Below are positions 17,898 to 27,611 of a stretch of DNA of 64,000 nucleotides, piece after piece. This DNA is from Candidatus Saccharimonadales bacterium (GTDB lineage: Bacteria; Patescibacteriota; Saccharimonadia; Saccharimonadales; UBA4665). The translations under genes and the position numbers were made by a program. The stretch covers positions 2,268 through 66,267 of the forward strand of contig DATIIE010000015.1 in the NCBI GenBank assembly GCA_035479955.1. Direction: 5' to 3'. The first letter of the stretch is position 1, and every line of letters starts with the position of its first letter. The notes beneath the pieces were generated by a model. That model saw only the letters and a program-made list of their open reading frames with translations. It was not told where the DNA came from and did no database searches.

Positions 17898-20090
17898 CTA
17901 ATCCTCGAGGTAACCCTTTAAGTGCGCTGAGTTTACCGGCTTGCGGAGTTTTTCCATTGCCCGTGCTTCTATCTGGCGGATGCGTTCGCGGGTCACGCCG
18001 TACACCTGGCCAATTTCATCAAGCGTCCTGGGTATGCCATCAGTCAGCCCGAAACGCAAACGGATTACGCCGGCTTCCCGGTCACTCAATACGCCCAGCG
18101 TCTTTTCAAGGCCGTCCTGCAGCATGACAAACACTGCCTGGTTATGGTCTGCACCTTCCGCGTCAGTGTCACTTATAAAGTCGCCTAACTCAACGTCCCC
18201 GTCTTCGCCAACTTTTCTGTCCAAAGAAATAGGTTCGCGGGAATAGCCCATGATCTCCAAGATTTTATCGGGGGTGGTGTCCATTTCCATGGCAATCTCC
18301 TCGGGGGTGGCCTCACGCCCGAGCGTCCCTAAAAGCTCACGCTGGATCTTGCCCAATTTGTTGATTTGCTCAACCATGTGCACCGGGATGCGGATGGTGC
18401 GCGCCTGGTCGGCCATTGCCCGGCTAATAGATTGGCGGACCCACCAGGTGGCGTAGGTGCTGAACTTGTAACCTTTTTCGTAGTCGAATTTTTCAACCGC
18501 CCGGATCAAACCAGTGTTACCTTCCTGGATAAGGTCGAGGAATGCCATGCCACGGCCGGTGTACCGCTTAGCCACGCTCACAACCAGGCGCAGGTTCGCT
18601 TCCAGCATGTGGTCCTTAGCGCTTGCACCTGCGCGTTCCAAATATTGCAGGTCGCGTTTCAGCTGCGCACCACTAACACCTGTAAATTTTTCGCCGCTGT
18701 CTAATCGTTCGCGGGCAAACAGGCCCGCTTCAATAGTTTTGGCCAGCTCAACTTCCTCTGCGGCATTTAGCAATGGCGTCCTGCCAATAGTCTTAAGCCA
18801 AATTCCTACGCTATCCTGCGACATTGCGCGGCCGGTTTGAGGTTCGGCGTAGGCTTCATCGCCGATGTCTTCAGAAAAGCGGCCGGCGCGTTCTGCCAGC
18901 TCGCGGCGTTCGCGGCGGCGGTCTTCTGCGGTGCTGAAGGCGTCTTCTGCCACAGCCGCGGTCAGTTGGGCAGTCGCATCCTCAACGGTTAAGAGCACTT
19001 CGTCGGCTCCGGCTAAAAGTTCGGCGCCTGAGGGGCCATCAGAGGGTGGCGGTGCCTTTTTGGCTGGCACGGCTTTTTTAGCGGGCGTTGCCTTTGCCGC
19101 AGTCCCAGACGTTGCCGCTGTTTTCTTGGCCGGGGAAGCTTTTTTGACCGCTACATAACCAGCCGGGCCGGCAACTTTCTGTGTGGCAGGTGCCTTAACT
19201 GCCGTTTCCGGGCGCGGCGTAGCCACTTGGCGTACGTCCTGCATCTGCATAAAACCTATGAAAATATCTTCGAGGTGGGAGTGTAGTGTGCTGCGCAGTT
19301 CGGCGGCGCGCTCCGGGTAGGTGCCGATCATCTGGCGGAAGGAACGCATTTCCCTTCTGCCGGTAATACCCAGCAAGGAATCCATAAGCTGGAATGCTTC
19401 GCCCTGCTCATCCAGGCCATGTTGGTCGGCCCATTGCACATACCGGTCGCGGAAACGCGTCAGTATAAAAGTTAGGTCGTCGGAAGGCAAAATGCCGGGC
19501 GGCGCGTTGGTGTCGCCAGAAAAGTGGTGCAACAGCGCCTGCGTCTCGCGTGCCGAGCGTATGGTGTCATCGCGGTGAGGGGTAAGGTTATTTCCTATGA
19601 AACGGATGGCGCGGTGGGTGTCGTCGTTTGGATAAACCGCGTGCGCCATTAAATCTGCTGCCTGGCGGCGCATAAGTTCAGTTATGCCAGGCAGGTCGGG
19701 GTCGCGCACCGGCCCGCGGGTTACGGTATTTATCATTTGGCGCAGGCGGCCGCCTACCCTGCGGCGGGCGACGTTCAGTAGCTCGTATGACGCATGCTGG
19801 CCAGTGGCTGCAGCTGCGCCGGCCAATGTTTGCTCACTGGTGCGGCCGCTTAGCAGCCCCTGGATTACCAGAACACGGCGTTCGCTGACCACCTCTCTTG
19901 CAGCTACTGCACCCGCATGGTCATGGTTGGCGGCAGCCCAGGCGGCGTCATGCAGGGCCGCGCGGGTTGCTTCATCCGGATTCTCGAGTAAAGGAGCCAG
20001 GCGCGTCTCCAAAAGGCCGTTCTCTAAAATAGCAGCATATACGGGGTCGCCCAGCACCTCACCTGGCACACCTGGAGTTGTCTCAGACAT
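17898..20090 (-). CDS. Second group-1 sigma70 factor, actinobacterial HrdB/SigA-type core (17898-18815), fused to a novel 425-aa N-terminus
   Basis: Complete regions 1.2, 2, 3 and 4; [92 protein letters not shown]. Confidence 0.93.
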   Translation of the reverse strand: MSETTPGVPGEVLGDPVYAAILENGLLETRLAPLLENPDEATRAALHDAAWAAANHDHAGAVAAREVVSERRVLVIQGLLSGRTSEQTLAGAAAATGQHASYELLNVARRRVGGRLRQMINTVTRGPVRDPDLPGITELMRRQAADLMAHAVYPNDDTHRAIRFIGNNLTPHRDDTIRSARETQALLHHFSGDTNAPPGILPSDDLTFILTRFRDRYVQWADQHGLDEQGEAFQLMDSLLGITGRREMRSFRQMIGTYPERAAELRSTLHSHLEDIFIGFMQMQDVRQVATPRPETAVKAPATQKVAGPAGYVAVKKASPAKKTAATSGTAAKATPAKKAVPAKKAPPPSDGPSGAELLAGADEVLLTVEDATAQLTAAVAEDAFSTAEDRRRERRELAERAGRFSEDIGDEAYAEPQTGRAMSQDSVGIWLKTIGRTPLLNAAEEVELAKTIEAGLFARERLDSGEKFTGVSGAQLKRDLQYLERAGASAKDHMLEANLRLVVSVAKRYTGRGMAFLDLIQEGNTGLIRAVEKFDYEKGYKFSTYATWWVRQSISRAMADQARTIRIPVHMVEQINKLGKIQRELLGTLGREATPEEIAMEMDTTPDKILEIMGYSREPISLDRKVGEDGDVELGDFISDTDAEGADHNQAVFVMLQDGLEKTLGVLSDREAGVIRLRFGLTDGIPRTLDEIGQVYGVTRERIRQIEARAMEKLRKPVNSAHLKGYLED

Positions 20091-20118
20091 ATTCCTATTA
20101 GATTACCTGTCATGACCC

Positions 20119-20154
20119 ATTGTTGTAAACCTGCAAAAACAGTTTTACAACAAT
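20119..20154. promoter_or_regulatory. Palindromic operator-like site between the extra sigma gene and the P-type ATPase
   Basis: ATTGTTGTAAA-N14-TTTACAACAAT, perfect 11-bp arms. Confidence 0.55.
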
Positions 20155-20201
20155 ATTACCGAACGCGCCAAAACGTGAGCGTATTCGGCTATAATGCCTG
20201 T

Positions 20202-23021
20202 ATGGAACAAAAAACCCAGCTCCCGTATTACCGTGTTGACAGCTCGGAGGTACTGCGCGGCCTAAGCACTAGCCCCGACGGCTTATCTAGCGCCGAAGCC
20301 CGCGAGCGCCTGGCCAAAAATGGCCCGAACGAACTCCAGCGCACCAAGCGTGAACCGGGCATCGTTACCTTTTTGCGCCAATTCAAAAACCTGCTGCTGA
20401 TTTTGCTCATTATTAGCGCCCTGATTTCGCTGTATCTGCAGGACTACCGCACCGCCGTTATCCTCTTCTTTATTGCCGCGATAAACACTGTGGTTGGGTT
20501 CGTGCAGGAGCACAAGGCTGAGTCGCTCATGGCCAGCCTGGAGAAATTAACAGTGCCGCGCGCCAAGGTAGTGCGCGGCGGCAAGCTGGTGGAAATTGAC
20601 TCACCCTCCCTGGTTGTAGGCGACATTGTGTACGTAGAGGAGGGCGACTCAGTGCCCGCGGACTTGCGCGTCATAGACGAGCAGGAACTGAGCACCAACG
20701 ACTTCGCGCTCACCGGCGAAAGCTCACCGGCCCGCAAATTTGTGCATGCCATTTCCGGGGATGTGCCATTGGGCGGGCGCCACAACCTGCTGTTTATGGG
20801 CACTACCGTAGCCACGGGCAACGGCCACGGTGTGGTCGTAGGCACGGCCATGAACACCGAGCTGGGGCGCATTGCTAACCTCAGCCAAACCACTAAAAGC
20901 GACGCCAGCCCGCTGACGCGCGAGCTGAACAACCTCAGTAAACGCCTCACCCAGGGCGTGGCCATTTTGGCGCTGCTGCTCACCTGGATTGCGCTGGAAT
21001 CGCACCTGGGGCTGAAAGCGGCGCTGCTGTTTGCCATTAGTATTAGCGCCGCCATGATTCCTAACGGCCTGGCCGCCGAGGTTAGCATTACCCTTGCCCA
21101 AACCGCTGGCCGCATGGCGCGCGCCCGCGCGCTCGTCAAAAAACTATCGGCCGTGGAAACGCTGGGCGCCACCAACATTATTGCCACCGACAAAACCGGC
21201 ACACTCACCAAAAACGAAATGACTGTTGAGCACCTGCTGGTGGGCCGCACCGAGTATGGCGTAACCGGCACCGGCTACCAGCCGGACGGTGTTATTGTAG
21301 ATGCCGAGAACGAACCGCTTACCGGCCAGCAAATGGAAACCATTAAACTGTTTTTTGAAACTGGCGCCCACGCCAGCAACGCCCATGTAAACCCGCCAGA
21401 CGACGAACACGGCAGCTGGTACTGCGTGGGCGACCCCACTGAAGGCGCAGTGGTAACGCTGGCGCGCAAAGTTGGCATCGACACCGACAAGCTCAACACC
21501 GCCAACAAAGAAATTAAAGAGTTCCAGTTTGACTCCGCGCGCAAACGCATGAGCTCAGTACGCCGCTACAACCAAAGCCTCACCGTCTTCACCAAAGGCG
21601 CGCCCGAAAGCGTGCTGGAGCGCTGCACCCACCTATGGGACCACGGCCACGTCCGCCCGCTCACCGCCAAAGACCGCGAGTTTTTCAAAGCATATAACGA
21701 GCGCCAGGCTGGCGATGCCATGCGCAACCTGGGCTTTGCCTACGGCACCCTGCCCGCTGGCTCCAAACCCACAAAAATGACATTCGATGAGGTTGAGCAA
21801 AACCTGGTATTCCTGGGTATGGTCAGCATGGTTGACCCGCTGCGTGACGAAGTGCCGGCTGCCATGGTTGCCGCCCGCGGCGCCCACATTAAGGTGTCTA
21901 TCATCACCGGCGACTACCCTACTACTGCCCAGGCAATTGCCCGCAAAGCGCAGCTTGCTCCCGAGGGTGAAGACATTCAGATTGTGCTTGGCGAGGATTT
22001 GCCCGGCTTAAGCGATGCCCAAATCCTGCAGCTGGTACTACGAGGCGGCGTGGTATTTTCGCGCGTGGCACCCGAAGACAAACTGCGCATTGTTGAAATT
22101 TCCAAAGCAGCCGGCAAAGTTGTAGCCGTAACCGGCGACGGCATTAACGACGCGCCGGCACTGAAGCGCGCCGACATTGGCGTAGCCATGGGCCGCACAG
22201 GTACCGACGTTGCCAAAGAAGCCGCCGCCATTGTGCTGCTGGACGACAGCTTCAGCACGCTGGTGGGCGCGATTGAGCAAGGGCGGCTCACCTTCCGCAA
22301 TATTACCAAGGCCGCACGCTGCGCACTCACCGACAACGCCGGCGAACTGTTTGCGGTGCTTATAAGTTTGGTTGGGCAGGCAGTGTTCGACGTGCCAATT
22401 GCTATTTTGGCTGTACAGATTCTGGCCATCGACCTCATTGCCGAATTATTCCCGGTAACTGCCCTTGGGTGGGACCCGGCGCAGAACGATCTTATGCACG
22501 ACCATCCGCGCAACTTAAAGGACCACATCATTAACGCCCGCGCCGTTGGCGAGTTCGTAGTGTATGGCCTGCTGTCGGCCGGGCTTGCCTACAGCAACTT
22601 CCTGCTGTTCTTTGCCCGCCAGGGCCTAAGCCCAGTGGGCGCGTCAACAAGCACCTCCCTGTACGCCCAGGCCACTATCCTCACCTACGTCACGATTGTG
22701 CTGTGCCAGTTCATCAACCTGCTGTTTGTGCGCACCAGCCCCAGCGAATCCTTCTTCACCCGCTACCTGTGGAGCAACAAAAAGCTGCTCGTCGCTTTTG
22801 CAGCGTCGTTTGTGTGTATCTTGAACATCGTATACAACCCGTGGGTGCAGCCCTACTTTAACGCCCGCCCGCTAAGCGTTATGGACTGGTTATTTGCCTT
22901 AGCAGCGGCCGCTGTGTATTTGTTAGTGCGCCTGTTCCACCATTGGAGTTTAAAGCACAGCCGCAGCGCTGTGCTGGAATTACACCGCACAAAACAGCGT
23001 GCGGGTGCAAAAGCAGCTTAA
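20202..23021 (+). CDS. Cation-transporting P-type ATPase (type II, Ca2+/Mg2+-like)
   Basis: TGES, DKTGTLT, KGAPE, MVDP, TGD, GDGINDAPALK; start MEQKTQ at 20202, 6 nt after TATAAT. Confidence 0.96.
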   Translation: MEQKTQLPYYRVDSSEVLRGLSTSPDGLSSAEARERLAKNGPNELQRTKREPGIVTFLRQFKNLLLILLIISALISLYLQDYRTAVILFFIAAINTVVGFVQEHKAESLMASLEKLTVPRAKVVRGGKLVEIDSPSLVVGDIVYVEEGDSVPADLRVIDEQELSTNDFALTGESSPARKFVHAISGDVPLGGRHNLLFMGTTVATGNGHGVVVGTAMNTELGRIANLSQTTKSDASPLTRELNNLSKRLTQGVAILALLLTWIALESHLGLKAALLFAISISAAMIPNGLAAEVSITLAQTAGRMARARALVKKLSAVETLGATNIIATDKTGTLTKNEMTVEHLLVGRTEYGVTGTGYQPDGVIVDAENEPLTGQQMETIKLFFETGAHASNAHVNPPDDEHGSWYCVGDPTEGAVVTLARKVGIDTDKLNTANKEIKEFQFDSARKRMSSVRRYNQSLTVFTKGAPESVLERCTHLWDHGHVRPLTAKDREFFKAYNERQAGDAMRNLGFAYGTLPAGSKPTKMTFDEVEQNLVFLGMVSMVDPLRDEVPAAMVAARGAHIKVSIITGDYPTTAQAIARKAQLAPEGEDIQIVLGEDLPGLSDAQILQLVLRGGVVFSRVAPEDKLRIVEISKAAGKVVAVTGDGINDAPALKRADIGVAMGRTGTDVAKEAAAIVLLDDSFSTLVGAIEQGRLTFRNITKAARCALTDNAGELFAVLISLVGQAVFDVPIAILAVQILAIDLIAELFPVTALGWDPAQNDLMHDHPRNLKDHIINARAVGEFVVYGLLSAGLAYSNFLLFFARQGLSPVGASTSTSLYAQATILTYVTIVLCQFINLLFVRTSPSESFFTRYLWSNKKLLVAFAASFVCILNIVYNPWVQPYFNARPLSVMDWLFALAAAAVYLLVRLFHHWSLKHSRSAVLELHRTKQRAGAKAA

Positions 23022-23036
23022 CCTAGCGCAGGCCGC

Positions 23037-24395
23037 CTACGCGGCTGGTGCGAGCGCGTCTTCAGCGGCGGCGGCGCGCGGCGGAAACTTAATTGTTACG
23101 CCATTTACCGTACGCAATGTCTTGTTTATGGGTACGCCAGCCAGTTGGGCGCGGCGGTTAGAGGCCAAACGGTTATCTTGCGATGCAGAGTCAATCGCAC
23201 CGCTGTTGTTGTAGCTAATGTTCTCTTCCGGGATGCCAAGGTCTAATAACTCCTGGACACGGGTGCGCTTTGTAATTTTCGGGTAATTAATGTGGCAGCG
23301 CTCACCATCGCCTGGGCAGCCTTGGGGGCCGCGCGGCGACTCTTCCAGGCCGGCTTCACCCTCAAACTGGCCATAAATTTCGCCGCTCACTAACGCGCCG
23401 GGGTATTGGTCGTCCATAAGCTGGGTAGGAGTAATGCTGTCGAGCACTTCACCGGTTTGCGTGTCGATAATTTCATGCTTGCGCATAAGTTGCAACGCAT
23501 AGCGCGTCGGGCCGGTAATGCGCTTATCGCGGTCTGCAACTGGCACTTTGGCGCCTTCTTCAGCCAAAACAATGTCCACAACTTCTTTGGATGTCATGCC
23601 TGCTGGCACCGTGTATTCGGGCACCCGCACTTCGTGCGCAAAATTCTTGAGTGACGCAGAATAACCAATCTCAATTTGCGGGTTCATTTTGCGCAGCGCT
23701 TCCTGGCGCGCTTCGCCTTGCAGCCCGTGGCGATCCAAGATAGCATTGTGCGTGTTGTACAGCAACCGTGCAGCACCGTCGCGGTCGCCCAGGTTTTCAC
23801 GCGATGAATAGAATACTGCCGCATAGCGGGTGCCTTCTAACTCATGGGTTTCCACGCCCACAACACTGTCGGCAAGGTTCAATTTAACGGAGACGCCGTC
23901 AGGTTTGTCAGCGAGGTCGTGCTCAGAAATGATCAGCACTGAGCCAGTAGCCACTTTTTGGAAGAGGGTCTCAGTTTCGCCCTGTTCATTTTGGACGTTT
24001 ATGGGTTTGGAGACGCCTTCATCGCCAAAGAACACAATATTGTTGCTGAGCGGCGTCATGACGTAGGCTTCCGACGCCTCAGGCGTAGGTATGGTGTTTG
24101 CGGCGGCACAGTTTGCCTCACGGCGCATGTCGTTACTAATAGCCAGGTCGCCCAAGCCACAAGCGGTGGCGGTGCAGCCATCTGCGGCTTCACATAAACG
24201 GGGTACGGTGTTGCCGGTAACTTGGAACTTCCCCTCCTCGGCGGGCTGTAGCCCGAGAGTGGTCGCGCCAAACTCAACTACTACGCCGTGCCGGGTGGTA
24301 AGCGCCTCGCCCGGTAAGGAGCCGGGGGCAGCCGGTTCGGTGTTGCCAAAAATTTCTACTGCTTGGGGTTGGGTGATAATAAGTGCTTCTGCCAT
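23037..24395 (-). CDS. Highly diverged PgeF/YfiH (Cu-oxidase_4)-like protein lacking the His-Cys-His site
   Basis: LNLADSVVG ~ TADCVP; AAVFYSSRENL ~ AAxHAGWRG; IEIGYSASLKNFAHEV ~ IGPSI..CYEV; QELLDLGIPEENI and LASNRR ~ QL...GV..I and FSYRR. Confidence 0.55.
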   Translation of the reverse strand: MAEALIITQPQAVEIFGNTEPAAPGSLPGEALTTRHGVVVEFGATTLGLQPAEEGKFQVTGNTVPRLCEAADGCTATACGLGDLAISNDMRREANCAAANTIPTPEASEAYVMTPLSNNIVFFGDEGVSKPINVQNEQGETETLFQKVATGSVLIISEHDLADKPDGVSVKLNLADSVVGVETHELEGTRYAAVFYSSRENLGDRDGAARLLYNTHNAILDRHGLQGEARQEALRKMNPQIEIGYSASLKNFAHEVRVPEYTVPAGMTSKEVVDIVLAEEGAKVPVADRDKRITGPTRYALQLMRKHEIIDTQTGEVLDSITPTQLMDDQYPGALVSGEIYGQFEGEAGLEESPRGPQGCPGDGERCHINYPKITKRTRVQELLDLGIPEENISYNNSGAIDSASQDNRLASNRRAQLAGVPINKTLRTVNGVTIKFPPRAAAAEDALAPAA

Positions 24396-24458
24396 AAGGC
24401 ACTGATTTTACACCCTTTTTACGAACATGGCTAGAGTCAAACCCCGCCAACGCGCAGG

Positions 24459-25538
24459 TTACGTTATGCGCGCCCCAAGGTACGCTTCCAGGCCTTCCAG
24501 AAATACAGTGCCTTCGGTGGTCCACAGTTGCTTGGTGGCCGTGAGTGCTTCATGCGCCTTTTGCCCTTCGCTGTCAGCTAATTTTTGGGCGTAAGCACGG
24601 GCGCCAGATGCCTCTATGATGCCGCGGCAGCGGACAAAATCACTTTTTGACAATTTCCCGTTGCCCAGACATTTTTGCAGAAACGCATAGTCTTCAGGGG
24701 TGATATGTTGTAAAGCGTACACCGTAAGTAGCGTGCCCTTCCCTTCACGGATATCATCCATAGGGCTTTTACCGAGCGCTTTTTCATCTCCGAAAATGCC
24801 CAAAATGTCATCTGTAATTTGGAACGCAATGCCTAAATGGTGCGCAAAGGGCGTAATAGCATCAGTTTCCCGGCAGCCCGCGCCCGCCAGCACCATGCCC
24901 ACATGCAATGGGTTTACGAAGCTATACTGGGCAGTTTTCCATTCCAGGGTGTGCCAGATGTCTTCTTCAGAGGGTTCGGCTACCAACTCGTTCATAATGT
25001 CGTAGGTTTGGCCATGTTCAGTAATGCCCAATGTGCGGTTGGTGATGCTAATGGCGTTCAGCTTTAGCTGCGGGTCTGCGTCCAGATTTGCCAGAACTAC
25101 CTGGGCCGCATGGGCGCCGGCCAGGCCAGCGTTCAACGCTAAACTTGCGCCGGCGTGGGCGGCATCACCCTTCAAATGGTGGGCGCGGTGGTATGCGGCA
25201 AGCATCTCATGGGCACTGGGTTTACCGCGGCGCACGCTGGAGCGGTCCTGGATATCGTCGCATATCAGCAAGTAGGCGTGGAACATTTCCATAGCGCGGG
25301 CAGCCTGCACAATCATTTTCATATCAGTGCCGCCACACATTTCATACCCGGCCATAACCAGCGCACCACGAATGCGCTTCCCCCCACGGGACAACATATC
25401 CAAAAAGGCATCTACCTCTAGCTCACCGTACGGCCCGTATTGCTCTGCAACGGTTTTGCGGGAATAACCGGCATAATCTGCAATATCGGCCTCAATCGCT
25501 GCCCTATATTTAGCGAGTTGTGTAGCAAAATCTGCCAT
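24459..25538 (-). CDS. Polyprenyl diphosphate synthase (IdsA/CrtE family)
   Basis: GGKRIRG, first DDIQDRS..RRG and second FQITDDILG Asp-rich motifs. Confidence 0.95.
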   Translation of the reverse strand: MADFATQLAKYRAAIEADIADYAGYSRKTVAEQYGPYGELEVDAFLDMLSRGGKRIRGALVMAGYEMCGGTDMKMIVQAARAMEMFHAYLLICDDIQDRSSVRRGKPSAHEMLAAYHRAHHLKGDAAHAGASLALNAGLAGAHAAQVVLANLDADPQLKLNAISITNRTLGITEHGQTYDIMNELVAEPSEEDIWHTLEWKTAQYSFVNPLHVGMVLAGAGCRETDAITPFAHHLGIAFQITDDILGIFGDEKALGKSPMDDIREGKGTLLTVYALQHITPEDYAFLQKCLGNGKLSKSDFVRCRGIIEASGARAYAQKLADSEGQKAHEALTATKQLWTTEGTVFLEGLEAYLGARIT

Positions 25539-25543
25539 ACCGT

Positions 25544-26137
25544 TTAGTGGAGCAGCGGAGCAACTTTGTTCTGGATTTCCAGTTTCAGTTCTTCCAGTGT
25601 GCCACTGTTTGAAATAACCGCGTCGGCGCTATCAATGATAGAACGGATGCCGCGCCCTGGCCCGCTGTGGCTGAGCCCCTTGTTTTCGTATTCATCCTGC
25701 TTTAGGAATTCTTCAAGTGTCCACTGCGCCTCAGTGTCGCGGCGGCGGGCAGTCATGCGGTCGTAACGGATATGCGCATCTGCGTCCACGCCCACAATAA
25801 TGCCGCCGGCTTCACGGATAGCCTCTGCTTCGCCCATCGAGCGCAAGCCAGAAATAACAGCGCCAGGCAGCCGCTGCACCTGCGCTTGCAGGATGCATAA
25901 ATGTACCAATGTGGCTGGGTTGATCTCGGTACGCAAGTAATTGGCAACTTGGTACAGTTGGTCGCGCGCCGGGTTAAAGTCGTACGGCTGACGATATGCA
26001 TACCGCGTAATAACCCGCAAAAAGTCGCCGCTGGATAGGTTTTGCATACCAAAAATCTGGCATAACAAATCTGCCGCAGTGTCCTTGCCAGCACCCGCAG
26101 TGCCCGTCACCCCAATAAGTCGTAGAGAATGATTCAT
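25544..26137 (-). CDS. P-loop nucleotide kinase (dephospho-CoA/NMP kinase-like)
   Basis: GVTGTAGAGKDT Walker A, VISGLRS..E, ADAVISNSGTLEEL. Confidence 0.8.
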   Translation of the reverse strand: MNHSLRLIGVTGTAGAGKDTAADLLCQIFGMQNLSSGDFLRVITRYAYRQPYDFNPARDQLYQVANYLRTEINPATLVHLCILQAQVQRLPGAVISGLRSMGEAEAIREAGGIIVGVDADAHIRYDRMTARRRDTEAQWTLEEFLKQDEYENKGLSHSGPGRGIRSIIDSADAVISNSGTLEELKLEIQNKVAPLLH

Positions 26138-26225
26138 GCCTTTATTCTATATGATCTTCGGTCATTTGCAGAATAATGGTATAGAATGTTGTGTTTATAA
26201 CAGTTATATGAGATAATTAACAGAC

Positions 26226-27404
26226 ATGACAGCAACTGTCTTCGAAGCACCAGCCCAACAGCACCCCGACGCTCTCGACCCCAGTCAACTGCCCCTCACC
26301 GGCAATGGTATTACTGGTGGCCAAACCGTTGTTTACTCCGATACTGTCGCCGGCCGCCAACCAGTTAGGCAACTAGACGATTTCGAAAAAATCATGGCTG
26401 AAGCTGGCCACCTGCCCTCTTACGTTGTTTCGGCTGCTACCGCGCCCGCGGAGCGCACAAACGGTGGCCGCATATACACCTCAACCCATGCCGTTGAAAG
26501 TGCCAGGACCCGCGGGCCGGCTTGGCATGAATTTGTCGGCAGCAGTGCAACCGCACAGCATATCGCCCCAACCGAAAATGCTGCTACCGCGCGCGCAGAG
26601 ACTACTTCCCGCCCTCGCTGGCACGTTCGTGCCGGCCGCTTTATTACCAATGCCGCCCTGCGCATGTTTAGTATGGGCAGCGAAACAAATGGCACTGAAG
26701 CTGCAAGCTATGCCGGTGCCGCTCCCAACGATTACGTTGGGAGCCGCCGCCGCACAGACACCAGCGCCGCAGATGTTGCCTACGCCACTACAACCTCTTA
26801 CGTCACCCCGGCCAAAACAGCAACTGTCCTGCCTGCTGAGCCACAGCTGTTATACATTGGCGGCCACAACAGGCACGCCGAACCCCGTCACACTGCAGTC
26901 GCTGCAGAAACAGCCCTAGTGCCCGAAACAGTCGTACATGCCCCAGCCACACCCTCGCCCAAAGAGCCCGTAGCGCAAAAAACGCCCTCTACTGAACTGG
27001 TACACATCCCGCGCGCTGCTGAACAAAACATAGCCGGTGGCAAACCTCAAGACGCATTGCTGCAAGGATTGCAGGAAGCTGGCTACGACAGCCTAGAGGC
27101 CTTCAAAAACGCCGCTCGTTTCGCCCTCCCCGCAGACCGTATCGCGTTTTACCACACGCTGCGCCGCATTGTACGAGCAAAGGGCGCCGCCTGGCACACA
27201 GCCGCCAACCTCGAGGGCGACACAGAAGCGCAAGCCAAATTTACCCAGCTTACAACCATCGTTGACGGGCTTGATAAAGAACTGCGCCTCCGCCCCCAGC
27301 AAGAGTCAGCTGACGAGAAGGAACGCAAGCAAGCCGCAGGCACCCAGCCAGACATCGAGCGCATGCGTGAAATGGTTGCAGCCAGCCGCATGTTCCGCCG
27401 CTAG
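26226..27404 (+). CDS. Orphan protein, disordered T/A/P-rich middle, helical C-terminal domain
   Basis: 392-aa ORF divergent from the kinase gene, AT-rich upstream region. Confidence 0.8.
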   Translation: MTATVFEAPAQQHPDALDPSQLPLTGNGITGGQTVVYSDTVAGRQPVRQLDDFEKIMAEAGHLPSYVVSAATAPAERTNGGRIYTSTHAVESARTRGPAWHEFVGSSATAQHIAPTENAATARAETTSRPRWHVRAGRFITNAALRMFSMGSETNGTEAASYAGAAPNDYVGSRRRTDTSAADVAYATTTSYVTPAKTATVLPAEPQLLYIGGHNRHAEPRHTAVAAETALVPETVVHAPATPSPKEPVAQKTPSTELVHIPRAAEQNIAGGKPQDALLQGLQEAGYDSLEAFKNAARFALPADRIAFYHTLRRIVRAKGAAWHTAANLEGDTEAQAKFTQLTTIVDGLDKELRLRPQQESADEKERKQAAGTQPDIERMREMVAASRMFRR

Positions 27405-27431
27405 CGCCTAGCTGCTAGGCATAGGTACTGC

Positions 27432-27605
27432 CCGGCCCACGCGTGTCACTCAGGTGCGCCTTTTATTACCCTGCGGAAACCCGCTCCAAGAAAAACATAG
27501 AAGCCACCGGCGACAGTAAGTGGGTGGGGCCAACAAAACGTGTTTCCAACTTTATTTTCGTTTCGCCTTACTGCCGCCAGATGGGCCGGCCCCAGAGTAG
27601 CCGGC
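27432..27605 (-). ncRNA. Candidate structured non-coding RNA of unknown class (about 175 nt)
   Basis: Promoter TTGCAA-N17-TAGATT (27640-27612). A 9-bp closing helix, a 14-bp helix and two small hairpins; all three non-Watson-Crick positions in the two long helices are G-U on the minus strand. Confidence 0.6.
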
Positions 27606-27611
27606 GGTGTA

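Noticed and set aside
17898-20090. Extra sigma as contamination or a chimeric join from an actinobacterial genome
   Set aside because: Codon choice includes many A/T-ending codons like the flanking genes, and the gene is fused in frame to a non-actinobacterial N-terminus with tight intergenic spacing. Not fully excluded without reads.
27432-27605. Calling the structured intergenic RNA RNase P, tmRNA or SRP
   Set aside because: Only a loose GGAAAC..GCTCC resemblance on the plus strand; no GAGGAAAGUCC or terminal P4 partner, no tRNA-like ends or tag, no SRP helix-8 motif. G-U polarity favours the minus strand.
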